37,740 nucleotides of DNA from a virus (Duplodnaviria > Caudoviricetes). The stretch is taken from IMG/VR virus record IMGVR_UViG_3300008954_000127, positions 1-37,740 of that record. One strand, given 5' to 3'. Each line of letters opens with the position of its first letter. The first letter of the stretch is position 1. The notes beneath the pieces are model-generated. The model had not been told where the DNA came from, did no database searches, and saw nothing but the letters and a program-made list of their open reading frames with translations. Below are positions 6,996-14,917 of the stretch, piece after piece. Made by a program: the position numbers and the translations under genes.

Positions 6996-8011
6996 TGGAT
7001 GAACGAGGTAAGAAGTTTGCACGGTACGGGTGGACACTCAGCGAGACCAACCTTAATACCCTACCCGACGATGCCCCCGCTGGTGGTAAGAACCTTGCCG
7101 AGTGGCTAACACTTGAAGGCCGACGTTCTTCCTTGGTGGAGTGGCTAGACCACGTGGGTGATGACAAACGTATCCACGGCAGGTTCATGCATATCGGTGC
7201 ATGGACTGGACGAATGGCACACCGAGCGCCTAACCAAGCGAACATCCCTTCAGCCTTCCACGGTGAACCTACCTCACCAGTCGAGGCGGTGAAGGCAGAG
7301 TACGACGGAGACTTCCGAGCCTTGTGGTGTGTGCCTGATGGGTCATGGTTGGTGGGTACTGACGCAGAGGGTATCCAGCTACGTGTGCTGGCTCACCTGA
7401 TGAACTCTGAAGAGTACGTCCACGCGATTGTGTCAGGTAAGAAAGAGGATGAGACTGACATCCACAACCTGAACCGTAAGGCTCTGGGTATGTCTCACAT
7501 CACCCGTGACATGGCTAAGACTTTCATCTACGCCTTCCTTCTAGGCGCAGGTAACGCTAAGATCGGACAGATACTTAAGGTCAATCAACGGGAGGCGGCA
7601 CAGGCTGTTGATAACTTCCTGCATTCGATTGACGGCTTGGCTAAGTTGAAGAAGGTTATGATCCCTGACGTAGCCCGACGTGGTTGGTTCCGAGGGTTGG
7701 ATGGCCGGAAGGTTAACGTCCCCTCAGAACACAAGACCTTGGCAGGGATGTTACAGAATGGTGAGTCCGTCATTATGAAACACGCGGCGATTGACTGGGT
7801 ACGGAAGGCCAAGGCAAAACAGTTTGACTTTAAACTTGTTACGTGGCCTCACGATGAATGGCAGACGGAAGTGAAAGGGTCCAAAGAGGAAGCAGAAGAA
7901 TTAGGTGGTATCCAACGTCAATCAATTGTTGACACAGGTGTTAAGTTTGCTATGATGTGTCCTCTTGCTGGATCGACAGACGTAGGTAAAAACTGGCGGG
8001 ACACCCATTGA
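6995..8011 (+). CDS. Family A DNA polymerase, C-terminal catalytic fragment
   Basis: TGRMAH..PN, motif A DAEGIQLR, motif B R..AKTFIYAFLLG, motif C HDE; own GAGGG RBS and TAATG coupling. Confidence 0.95.
   Translation: MDERGKKFARYGWTLSETNLNTLPDDAPAGGKNLAEWLTLEGRRSSLVEWLDHVGDDKRIHGRFMHIGAWTGRMAHRAPNQANIPSAFHGEPTSPVEAVKAEYDGDFRALWCVPDGSWLVGTDAEGIQLRVLAHLMNSEEYVHAIVSGKKEDETDIHNLNRKALGMSHITRDMAKTFIYAFLLGAGNAKIGQILKVNQREAAQAVDNFLHSIDGLAKLKKVMIPDVARRGWFRGLDGRKVNVPSEHKTLAGMLQNGESVIMKHAAIDWVRKAKAKQFDFKLVTWPHDEWQTEVKGSKEEAEELGGIQRQSIVDTGVKFAMMCPLAGSTDVGKNWRDTH
7929..7956 (+). promoter_or_regulatory. Sigma70 promoter inside the pol 3' end, serving the SSB gene
   Basis: TTGACA-16 nt-TATGAT with extended -10 TG; second candidate TTGACA (8008)-17-TAAGCA. 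Confidence 0.6.
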
Positions 8012-8069
8012 CAAACATCTCAAGGTGTGTTAAGCACACAGAACAAACCTACTAGCTAAGGAGAAATAC

Positions 8070-8567
8070 ATGGCTTACAAGGAAGTAACAACGACGGGAC
8101 CTATCGAATGGCCTCATCTCTTCGAACACGACCGAGACATGGAAGGTTATGAAGGAAAGTACGTTGAGTGTGAGGGTGGTTACACAGTTAACCAAGTCCT
8201 GAGCAAAGATGAGTACGAAAAACTTAAATCGGCAGGGACAATGAAACGTCCTAACCAAAAGCGTCTGCTTGACGGTGAGTTGGTTATCAAATACGAACGT
8301 AAACACGTTGTCCGTAATGGTCAGGGACAGGTGGTAGCCCCCGCAGGTGGCGCACCTAAAGTCTTCGACGCAGAGGGGCAGGTCTGGGATACAGATGTCC
8401 ACGGACGTATCGGTAACGGTAGTATAGCCGAGGTAACTAACCTGATCTCAACCTTCAAGGGACGGGACGGGAAACCATCGGCACGTACAAGTCTACTGCG
8501 TGTGAAGATCATCGACTATGTACCTGTCCCTGAGCGTGATGATGGTATCGACGACGAAGCCGCTTAA
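8070..8567 (+). CDS. Single-stranded DNA-binding protein-like (T7 gp2.5 analogue)
   Basis: Follows pol; P.VFD...IGNGS motif; acidic C-tail; strong AAGGAG RBS. Confidence 0.7.
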   Translation: MAYKEVTTTGPIEWPHLFEHDRDMEGYEGKYVECEGGYTVNQVLSKDEYEKLKSAGTMKRPNQKRLLDGELVIKYERKHVVRNGQGQVVAPAGGAPKVFDAEGQVWDTDVHGRIGNGSIAEVTNLISTFKGRDGKPSARTSLLRVKIIDYVPVPERDDGIDDEAA

Positions 8568-8585
8568 GTCTTCCCTGAGCAACTT

Positions 8586-8613
8586 GGCTGGGCTGTAGTG
8601 GCCCAGTCCTTTT
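8586..8613 (+). terminator. Rho-independent terminator after SSB
   Basis: GGCTGGGCTG/TGGCCCAGTC stem followed by CTTTT. Confidence 0.6.
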
Positions 8614-8630
8614 AAACCAAAGGTAAACAG

Positions 8631-9281
8631 ATGATCGAAGTAAACTACATTGACCACATGGGAGGGGATTTGACTGTCGTGAATTCCGCTCGTGTTTCTT
8701 TCGGCAAGAAGTCACACTACGAAGGACGTGTAGGTGGACCTAACCTCTTGTCCGACAAGGATACTAAGCTGGTTAAGTACTTAGCTAAACACAAACACAC
8801 GTCACCCTTTGGTCATGCCTTCGCATCATTCCATGTCAAGGCTCCCATCTTTGTAGCTAGGCAGTTAGTCAAGCATAAGTTCCTACGTTGGAATGAGATT
8901 AGTCGCCGCTATGTAGATGATGAACCTGAGTTTTATGTACCTACCGAATGGCGTGGTCGGTCGGCTGACAAGAAGCAAGGGAGTGATGGTGTTGTCGATG
9001 TAGGTGACTGGGGCGACGCTAATTGGGCGTGTCTTCTCGCATACAAGGATTTACTTAAACAAGGCGTAGCTCCAGAACAAGCACGTATGGTTCTTCCCCA
9101 GTCTACCATGACCGAATGGTACTGGTCCGGCTCTCTTGACGCTTTCGCTGATATGTGTAACCTTCGGTGCAAACCTGATACACAATACGAAAGCCGTGTG
9201 GTTGCTGATACGATCAGTGACCTGATGAGTAAACTTTTCCCTGTTAGTTGGGAATCTTTGAGGAAAACGCTTGATGGCTGA
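8631..9281 (+). CDS. thyX: Flavin-dependent thymidylate synthase
   Basis: NSARVS, H.SPF, RQLVKH...WNEISRRY, EQARMVLP, LRC..DTQYE. Confidence 0.96.
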   Translation: MIEVNYIDHMGGDLTVVNSARVSFGKKSHYEGRVGGPNLLSDKDTKLVKYLAKHKHTSPFGHAFASFHVKAPIFVARQLVKHKFLRWNEISRRYVDDEPEFYVPTEWRGRSADKKQGSDGVVDVGDWGDANWACLLAYKDLLKQGVAPEQARMVLPQSTMTEWYWSGSLDAFADMCNLRCKPDTQYESRVVADTISDLMSKLFPVSWESLRKTLDG

Positions 9282-9714
9282 AGATAATCTGTATAAGGTA
9301 GAGGCTGAACTAGGAAAGACATATGACACGGGGAATGGCTGGGTCCATAGGTGGTTTGCAAAACCATTATCATCGGGTTCGATTCCCGCCCGTGTCTCCA
9401 TATACCTAGACGCTCTTGATGTGCCACGATTCAATCTGTTCAGGAACCAAAGACGATTTTGGTTTGGGCAAATGGTAGCTCTGTGGGTGTTGAGAGCGCC
9501 CATAGGCAAACGAAGACACAAGTCTTTTAGAGCGGGTCTATTATACCCTATTGAGACGGTGAAAGCTCGTAGCGTATACACTAGTGACCTTTATAAGAAG
9601 GTCGAAAAGCAAGCCAGTCAGATGCGGGAGTATCAGACCAAAGCGGAAAGCTATAAGCAGCAAGCAATTGAAGCTCGAAAGGCTCTCAGTGAGTACAAGA
9701 GGATGAATAAATGA
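9274..9714 (+). CDS. Hypothetical protein with C-terminal coiled coil (true start uncertain, may lie after the tRNA)
   Basis: Open frame overlapping the thyX stop, GAGGA upstream; 5' part coincides with a tRNA. Confidence 0.5.
   Translation: MAEDNLYKVEAELGKTYDTGNGWVHRWFAKPLSSGSIPARVSIYLDALDVPRFNLFRNQRRFWFGQMVALWVLRAPIGKRRHKSFRAGLLYPIETVKARSVYTSDLYKKVEKQASQMREYQTKAESYKQQAIEARKALSEYKRMNK
9325..9400 (+). tRNA. tRNA-Cys(GCA), atypical D arm
   Basis: Acceptor GACACGG/CCGTGTC, D stem ATGG/CCAT, anticodon stem GTGGT/ACCAT with loop TTGCAAA, T arm CGGG-TTCGATT-CCCG, discriminator T, encoded CCA; 76 nt. Confidence 0.85.
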
Positions 9715-9749
9715 TTGATCGAACAAGCAACAAGATACAGGAGAGCGCA

Positions 9750-9965
9750 ATGAAAGCTAAAGAGTATCAGGTGGGTGGAGACCACTACCAATCACAGGGT
9801 GTACAACCTATTGATTTCATCCTAGCTAATGAGCTAGACTTTTGCGAAGGTAATGTCATTAAGTACATTACACGATGGAAGTACAGAGGGGGTCTGACAG
9901 ATTTAGAGAAAGCCAAACACTACTTGGAGTTCCTGATCGAAGATGTTAAGGGTAAGGAAGGTTAA
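9750..9965 (+). CDS. DUF3310 family protein (T7 gp1.7-like)
   Basis: QVGGDHY...QPIDFI...FCEGNVIKY..R.KY.GG..DLEKA.HYL; AGGAG RBS before ATG 9750. Confidence 0.88.
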   Translation: MKAKEYQVGGDHYQSQGVQPIDFILANELDFCEGNVIKYITRWKYRGGLTDLEKAKHYLEFLIEDVKGKEG

Positions 9966-9988
9966 ACCTTTACAGATTGGAGAGGCTA

Positions 9989-10234
9989 ATGACTGATGAG
10001 GACTTTGAAAAGATCATCGACGGTCTGGAAGCAGACTTGGTGAAACAGGCGGGTCAACTCGAAGAGGCTAATGCTCGGTTTGCAAAAGCAGTGTGTATTG
10101 CAGAAATTCTTTTTGGGGGCTTCGCGCAAGATTTTCGCGGCAACGCTATGTATCGTATCCGCTGCCTAGAAGCAATCAAGGAACTTGATAAACTCCAAGC
10201 TGTCCTTTCACAGACAGAGCAAAGGGAATGGTGA
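9989..10234 (+). CDS. Hypothetical protein
   Basis: GGAGAGG RBS, helical ORF. Confidence 0.7.
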   Translation: MTDEDFEKIIDGLEADLVKQAGQLEEANARFAKAVCIAEILFGGFAQDFRGNAMYRIRCLEAIKELDKLQAVLSQTEQREW

Positions 10235-10473
10235 TGAGCAATATGACATCTCTTGAGGTAAAGGCTATGAAAATCCTTGTTTTGTGCCTTGTTCTATTCG
10301 CTATAGTAGGTCTTGCACCTTGTTATATTTTCGGGTGGGTCTGGCTCTATAATGCCGTGCTTGTAGTCTCAACCGTCGTTACGGGTGCTGCGTTTCTAGC
10401 ATTTTTATGGGCAATCATTTTAGTAATTCTTAAGACGTCTATTCCAGAGGAAGGTTACCGAGATGACGGATGA
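10228..10473 (+). CDS. Two-TM membrane protein
   Basis: Two long hydrophobic segments; start uncertain. Confidence 0.65.
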   Translation: MVMSNMTSLEVKAMKILVLCLVLFAIVGLAPCYIFGWVWLYNAVLVVSTVVTGAAFLAFLWAIILVILKTSIPEEGYRDDG

Positions 10474-11203
10474 AACATCTGCAAACAACAGCGGCATGTC
10501 CCAGATTCTCATAGACGGAGACCCTTTCGCCTATCGTGCAGCTTTCTCTTGTCAGGGTGACGAACTGGATGACGCTCTTGATAAGGTTGACGATCTCTTG
10601 GACCAAGCTGTCTGGGAGGTGGAGAACTACATGGGCGGCGAGGGTTACCAAGTGTACCTAACAGGCAAGGGTAACTTCCGGTATGATGTTGCTGTAAGCC
10701 ACGAGTATAAAGGGAACCGTAAGGGTGTAGAGAAACCTGAACACCTAGCTGACATCCGTCAACACATGATAGATAACTGGGACGCTATCGTTTCTGAGGA
10801 TGAGGAGGCTGACGACCTTCTAGGCATAGCTTCGACAGAGTACGGACCAGATGCAATTGTCGTGTCAGTGGACAAGGATATGTTACAACTTCCCTGTCGT
10901 CACTTCAATCCAACCAAGTCTGAGATTAAGGAAGTCTCGGAGGAGGAAGGCACTAAGTTTTTCTACACTCAAATCCTGACAGGAGATAGGTCAGATAACA
11001 TCGTAGGTCTGTATGGTATCGGCCCAAAGAAAGCTGAGAAACTTCTTGACGGTTTAGTGACAGAAGAAGACTTGTATGTGGCTGTCCTTCAGGCTTACGG
11101 CGGGGATGAGGCCCGTGTTATAGAGAACGCCCGTCTTCTCTGGTTACGTCGGACAGAGGGTGAACTATGGGAGCCGCCTCAATGCGTTTCAGATCAGGCT
11201 TAG
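10463..11203 (+). CDS. 5'-3' exonuclease (T7 gp6 / RNase H-like)
   Basis: LIDGD, NFR...YKGNR, EADD, SVDKD, GDRSDNI.G..GIGPKKA. Confidence 0.93.
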   Translation: MTDETSANNSGMSQILIDGDPFAYRAAFSCQGDELDDALDKVDDLLDQAVWEVENYMGGEGYQVYLTGKGNFRYDVAVSHEYKGNRKGVEKPEHLADIRQHMIDNWDAIVSEDEEADDLLGIASTEYGPDAIVVSVDKDMLQLPCRHFNPTKSEIKEVSEEEGTKFFYTQILTGDRSDNIVGLYGIGPKKAEKLLDGLVTEEDLYVAVLQAYGGDEARVIENARLLWLRRTEGELWEPPQCVSDQA

Positions 11204-11553
11204 AGCGTCGAACAGCACAACTTCTAAGGCAACGTAAGGTTAAGTTTGAGTACGAGAAGACCAGACTACCTTACCTAGTGGAAGAGACCCGTCACTACAC
11301 ACCTGACTTCAGGCTTCCCAACGGTATCTTCATAGAGACTAAGGGTAGGTTTACATCAGCCGACAGAAAGAAACATCTTCTAGTAAAAAAGCAACACCCA
11401 GACCTTGACATTAGGTTCGTTTTCAGTAATCCTAGGGCCAAGATACGGAAGGGTTCGAAGACTTCCTACGCAGACTGGTGTGACAAACACGGGTTTATGT
11501 ATAGCAAAGAAACGATCCCTCTGGAATGGATCAAGGAGAAAAGGAAATGTTAA
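11182..11553 (+). CDS. T7 endonuclease I-like Holliday junction resolvase
   Basis: FRSGLE, YTPDF.LPNGI.IETKGRF...DRKKH, DIRFVF. Confidence 0.95.
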   Translation: MRFRSGLERRTAQLLRQRKVKFEYEKTRLPYLVEETRHYTPDFRLPNGIFIETKGRFTSADRKKHLLVKKQHPDLDIRFVFSNPRAKIRKGSKTSYADWCDKHGFMYSKETIPLEWIKEKRKC

Positions 11554-11753
11554 AGGTGCATCAAGTCATAGACGGTCCGTACGAGTTCCTAGATCACTGG
11601 TCTCTCGTGTGTTTAGTTGAGTATGAAGGGGAGGTTTACGAGGATGAGTTACCCTTTGAGACCTTCAACGAGGCTTACGCCTTCATGACTAAGACAGAAC
11701 GATCAGAATACCCCACACCCTTCTCCCTCGACCGTATGTATTTCCTAAACTAA
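11547..11753 (+). CDS. Hypothetical protein
   Basis: AAGGAG RBS, overlaps upstream stop. Confidence 0.7.
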   Translation: MLKVHQVIDGPYEFLDHWSLVCLVEYEGEVYEDELPFETFNEAYAFMTKTERSEYPTPFSLDRMYFLN

Positions 11754-11762
11754 GGCTTGAAA

Positions 11763-11948
11763 ATGTTTGACTATTGCAGTAAAATCGCAGCCTTGGTTGA
11801 GAACTATGGCTTGACACTTATCCTAGAACAGAACGAAATACCCGAAGAGGCCGTCATCCGTCTTTTGGTTGACGAAGGTTTAATCACGTTTGAGGACTAC
11901 TTCTTCCTCGACGTAGAGTACGAGACATGGAAGGAACTAGAGGAATGA
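11763..11948 (+). CDS. Acidic hypothetical protein
   Basis: Packed ORF with ATGA coupling downstream. Confidence 0.65.
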   Translation: MFDYCSKIAALVENYGLTLILEQNEIPEEAVIRLLVDEGLITFEDYFFLDVEYETWKELEE

Positions 11949-12343
11949 TTACAGCAGAGGACCTGACACAGATGGGGTACTGGGAAGACCCCGAGGCTGT
12001 TGACCCCGTTGAGATGGTGAAAGAGTTTGCTAAGACTACTGGTCAGATACCCACACCACCTTTGTACGCAGCCCTTATTCAAGAGGAGGTCGCTGAGTGG
12101 AAGGCGTCCTACCTACAGAACGACGAGTTGAATGAACTGAAAGAGTTGGCGGACCTTCTCTACGTGGTCTACGGTTATGCTAACGCTAAGGGGTGGGACA
12201 TCCAAGAGGCTTTGGTTAGGGTACACGACAACAATCTTAACCGTGTCATTCAAGACGACGGTACTATCCAACGCAGGGAAGATGGGAAGATCATCAAGAA
12301 CCCCAACGCACCTAAAATTAACCTGAAGGACTTAATCAAATGA
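11945..12343 (+). CDS. MazG-like / PRA-PH all-alpha NTP pyrophosphohydrolase
   Basis: LIQEEVAE...KELADLLYVVYG...RVH.NN...REDGKI.K. Confidence 0.85.
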   Translation: MITAEDLTQMGYWEDPEAVDPVEMVKEFAKTTGQIPTPPLYAALIQEEVAEWKASYLQNDELNELKELADLLYVVYGYANAKGWDIQEALVRVHDNNLNRVIQDDGTIQRREDGKIIKNPNAPKINLKDLIK

Positions 12344-12531
12344 AGAAACCTAATATGACATGGTTCTGGCGTTATGTGAATTACCTAGCTACGTGGCGTG
12401 AGCATCGTAAGGCTATTAAGAAGTTGAATACACTTACTGACCGAGAACTAAAAGACATCGGCTTAACACGGGCAGACATTGACCGTTTGGTTTGGTTGGA
12501 AGAAGATAAAACACAACGAGGTCGGGGATGA
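12340..12531 (+). CDS. DUF1127 family small protein
   Basis: WRE.RK....L..LTDRELKDIGLTRADI signature. Confidence 0.88.
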   Translation: MKKPNMTWFWRYVNYLATWREHRKAIKKLNTLTDRELKDIGLTRADIDRLVWLEEDKTQRGRG

Positions 12532-14429
12532 CAAACAACCTATTACCCACTGACTACCAATCCTTCATCCACACATCGCGTTATGCGCGGTGGCTAGAGG
12601 AAGAGGGTCGCCGTGAAAGCTGGTCTGAGACTGTCAGCCGTTACATCAGCCGCTTAGTACACACTAAGGTGGACCAGTCTGTAGAGACAGAGATTGAGGA
12701 GGCTATCCTTAACCTAGAGATCATGCCCTCTATGAGAGCTATGATGACGGCTGGCCCAGCCCTAGAGCGGGACAACGTAGCAGGTTACAACTGTTCATAC
12801 CTACCCGTAGATGACCCTAAGTCCTTCGATGAGGCTATGTTCATCCTCTTGTGCGGTACTGGTGTCGGCTTTAGTGTCGAGCGACAGTTCGTAACTAAGT
12901 TGCCAGAAGTACCAGAGTTGTTCGAGAGTGAGACCACTGTCGTCGTCAAAGACAGTAAGGAAGGTTGGGCTAAATCTCTTCGTCAAGTGATTGCTCTACT
13001 GTATAGCGGTGAAGTTCCCCAATGGGACGTCTCTCGTGTACGTCCTGCGGGTGCAAGGTTGAAGACCTTTGGTGGTCGAGCGTCAGGTCCGGCACCCCTA
13101 GTCGATCTATTTACTTTCGTCATTGACATCTTCAGGGGAGCGCAGGGACGTAAGCTGTCTTCCATTGAGTGCCATGACCTCATGTGTAAGATTGGCGAGG
13201 TTGTAGTGGTAGGTGGTGTACGTCGCAGTGCTATGATCTCCCTGTCTAACCTGAGTGATGACCGTATGCGCCACGCTAAGTCAGGTAACTGGTGGGACAA
13301 TAACCCCCAACGAGCCTTGGCTAATAACTCTGTGTCCTACACGGAGAAGCCTGACAGTATGTCATTCATGCGTGAGTGGATGGCTCTGGTTGAGAGTGGG
13401 TCAGGTGAACGGGGTGTGTTTAACAGACAAGCAAGTAAAGTACAGGCAGCTAAGAATGGACGACGCGATGCAGACTACGAGTTTGGGACCAATCCTTGCA
13501 GTGAAATCATTCTTCGTCCGTACCAGTTCTGTAATCTTACTGAAGTTGTGGTACGTGCCACGGATACGGTGGAAGACTTGGCTAGAAAAGTCCGACTCGC
13601 CACAATACTTGGGACAATCCAAAGCACGTACACAAAGTTCCCGTACTTGCGGAAAGTGTGGCAGCGTAATACTGAAGAAGAAAGACTGCTTGGTGTGTCA
13701 CTGACAGGGATCATGGATAATGCTCTTACGACTACAAAGAATAAAGGGCTTGACAAGACCTTGGACTACCTTCGGGGTGTTGCTGTTGATACTAATGCTG
13801 AGTGGTCTGAGCGCTTGGGTGTTGAACAGAGTGCGGCTATCACTTGTGTCAAACCCTCCGGCACAGTCTCCCAGCTTGTCGATTCATCTTCTGGTATCCA
13901 CCCCCGACATAGTAACTACTATATTAGAACCGTACGAGGAGATAACAAAGACCCCCTGACGCAGTTCATGAAGGGCCAAGGGGTGCCTAACGAACCAGAC
14001 GTGTTCAAACCTGACCAGACTACCGTGTTCTCTTTCCCTGTTAAGGCTCCTGCTAAGGCTGTCGTGACAGAGGATGTATCGGCTATTGAGCAGTTGGAGA
14101 CATGGCTAGTATACCAACGACATTGGTGTGAACATAAACCTAGTGTCACTATTAACGTACGTAAGGACGAATGGTTTGAGGTAGGAGCTTTTGTATACAA
14201 ACACTTCGATGAGATGTCAGGTGTATCCTTCCTACCTTACAATGAACACACGTACCAACAGGCACCATATCAGGAGATCGGTAAGACAGACTACAAAAAT
14301 ATGTTATCTTTCATGCCTAAAGCTATTGACTGGTCAAGACTAAAAGAGTACGAACAAGAAGATAACACCTCGGGTATGCAGACACTGGCCTGTTCTGGAG
14401 ACTCTTGTGAAATTGTGGACCTAACATAA
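12528..14429 (+). CDS. nrdJ: Class II (adenosylcobalamin-dependent) ribonucleotide reductase
   Basis: YNC, GTGVGF, VVGGVRRSA, TNPCSEI, CNL, KPSGT, C-terminal CSGDSC; no class I beta subunit nearby. Confidence 0.93.
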   Translation: MTNNLLPTDYQSFIHTSRYARWLEEEGRRESWSETVSRYISRLVHTKVDQSVETEIEEAILNLEIMPSMRAMMTAGPALERDNVAGYNCSYLPVDDPKSFDEAMFILLCGTGVGFSVERQFVTKLPEVPELFESETTVVVKDSKEGWAKSLRQVIALLYSGEVPQWDVSRVRPAGARLKTFGGRASGPAPLVDLFTFVIDIFRGAQGRKLSSIECHDLMCKIGEVVVVGGVRRSAMISLSNLSDDRMRHAKSGNWWDNNPQRALANNSVSYTEKPDSMSFMREWMALVESGSGERGVFNRQASKVQAAKNGRRDADYEFGTNPCSEIILRPYQFCNLTEVVVRATDTVEDLARKVRLATILGTIQSTYTKFPYLRKVWQRNTEEERLLGVSLTGIMDNALTTTKNKGLDKTLDYLRGVAVDTNAEWSERLGVEQSAAITCVKPSGTVSQLVDSSSGIHPRHSNYYIRTVRGDNKDPLTQFMKGQGVPNEPDVFKPDQTTVFSFPVKAPAKAVVTEDVSAIEQLETWLVYQRHWCEHKPSVTINVRKDEWFEVGAFVYKHFDEMSGVSFLPYNEHTYQQAPYQEIGKTDYKNMLSFMPKAIDWSRLKEYEQEDNTSGMQTLACSGDSCEIVDLT

Positions 14430-14444
14430 GGAAGGAGTTAAAGT

Positions 14445-14528
14445 ATGGACAAGTACAAGAAGTACATCCCCTACGTAGCTATCGGCGTTATCGTCGTGAT
14501 CGCCCTACTTAATACTATCACAGGATAA
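14445..14528 (+). CDS. 27-aa single-TM micropeptide (not in ORF track)
   Basis: MDKYKKYIPYVAIGVIVVIALLNTITG*, AAGGAG RBS. Confidence 0.75.
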   Translation: MDKYKKYIPYVAIGVIVVIALLNTITG

Positions 14529-14538
14529 GGAGATATCC

Positions 14539-14625
14539 ATGACAGGACTAGAAGCATTCGCAGTCTACTGGGCTATCATTGGTGTTTACACTACAATCGT
14601 TGCCCCTGTACTGGGTCTAGGTTAA
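14539..14625 (+). CDS. 28-aa hydrophobic micropeptide (not in ORF track)
   Basis: MTGLEAFAVYWAIIGVYTTIVAPVLGLG*, TAAGGAG RBS. Confidence 0.75.
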   Translation: MTGLEAFAVYWAIIGVYTTIVAPVLGLG

Positions 14626-14632
14626 GTAACAC

Positions 14633-14659
14633 CATCCTGAGCATGATGTAAAACTGCTC
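14633..14659 (+). ncRNA. Predicted compact H-type pseudoknot
   Basis: CATC(14633-36)/GATG(14645-48) crossing GAGCA(14639-43)/TGCTC(14655-59). Confidence 0.45.
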
Positions 14660-14682
14660 TCTATTTGTATCTAGGAGGGACT

Positions 14683-14916
14683 ATGTACGTAGTTATAACA
14701 AGAGACCAATGTAATTTTTGTGACAACGCGAAAGCTCTCCTTAAGAGTGCTGGCTACACATGGACTGAGTACAATGTTCAGTCAGGTAGTAGTAAGTGGG
14801 TCCTGTCTTTAATGAAGAAAGCGGGGCTAACCACGGTGCCACAGATATTCCAACCTGATGGTACTCACGTAGGTGGTTACACAGAGTTAAGAGAACAACT
14901 CGTTAAGGAGTGGTGA
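14683..14916 (+). CDS. Glutaredoxin
   Basis: CNFC active site, TVPQIF, HVGGY; AGGAGG RBS. Confidence 0.93.
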   Translation: MYVVITRDQCNFCDNAKALLKSAGYTWTEYNVQSGSSKWVLSLMKKAGLTTVPQIFQPDGTHVGGYTELREQLVKEW

Positions 14917-14917
14917 A

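Noticed and set aside
9374-9400. tRNA 3' end as an attP core
   Set aside because: No integrase in the window, and the tRNA is complete rather than a 3' fragment.
8933-9581. Two long - strand ORFs over thyX and the tRNA
   Set aside because: Antisense to thyX; METRAGIEP...GFAN is the typical reverse translation of a tRNA.
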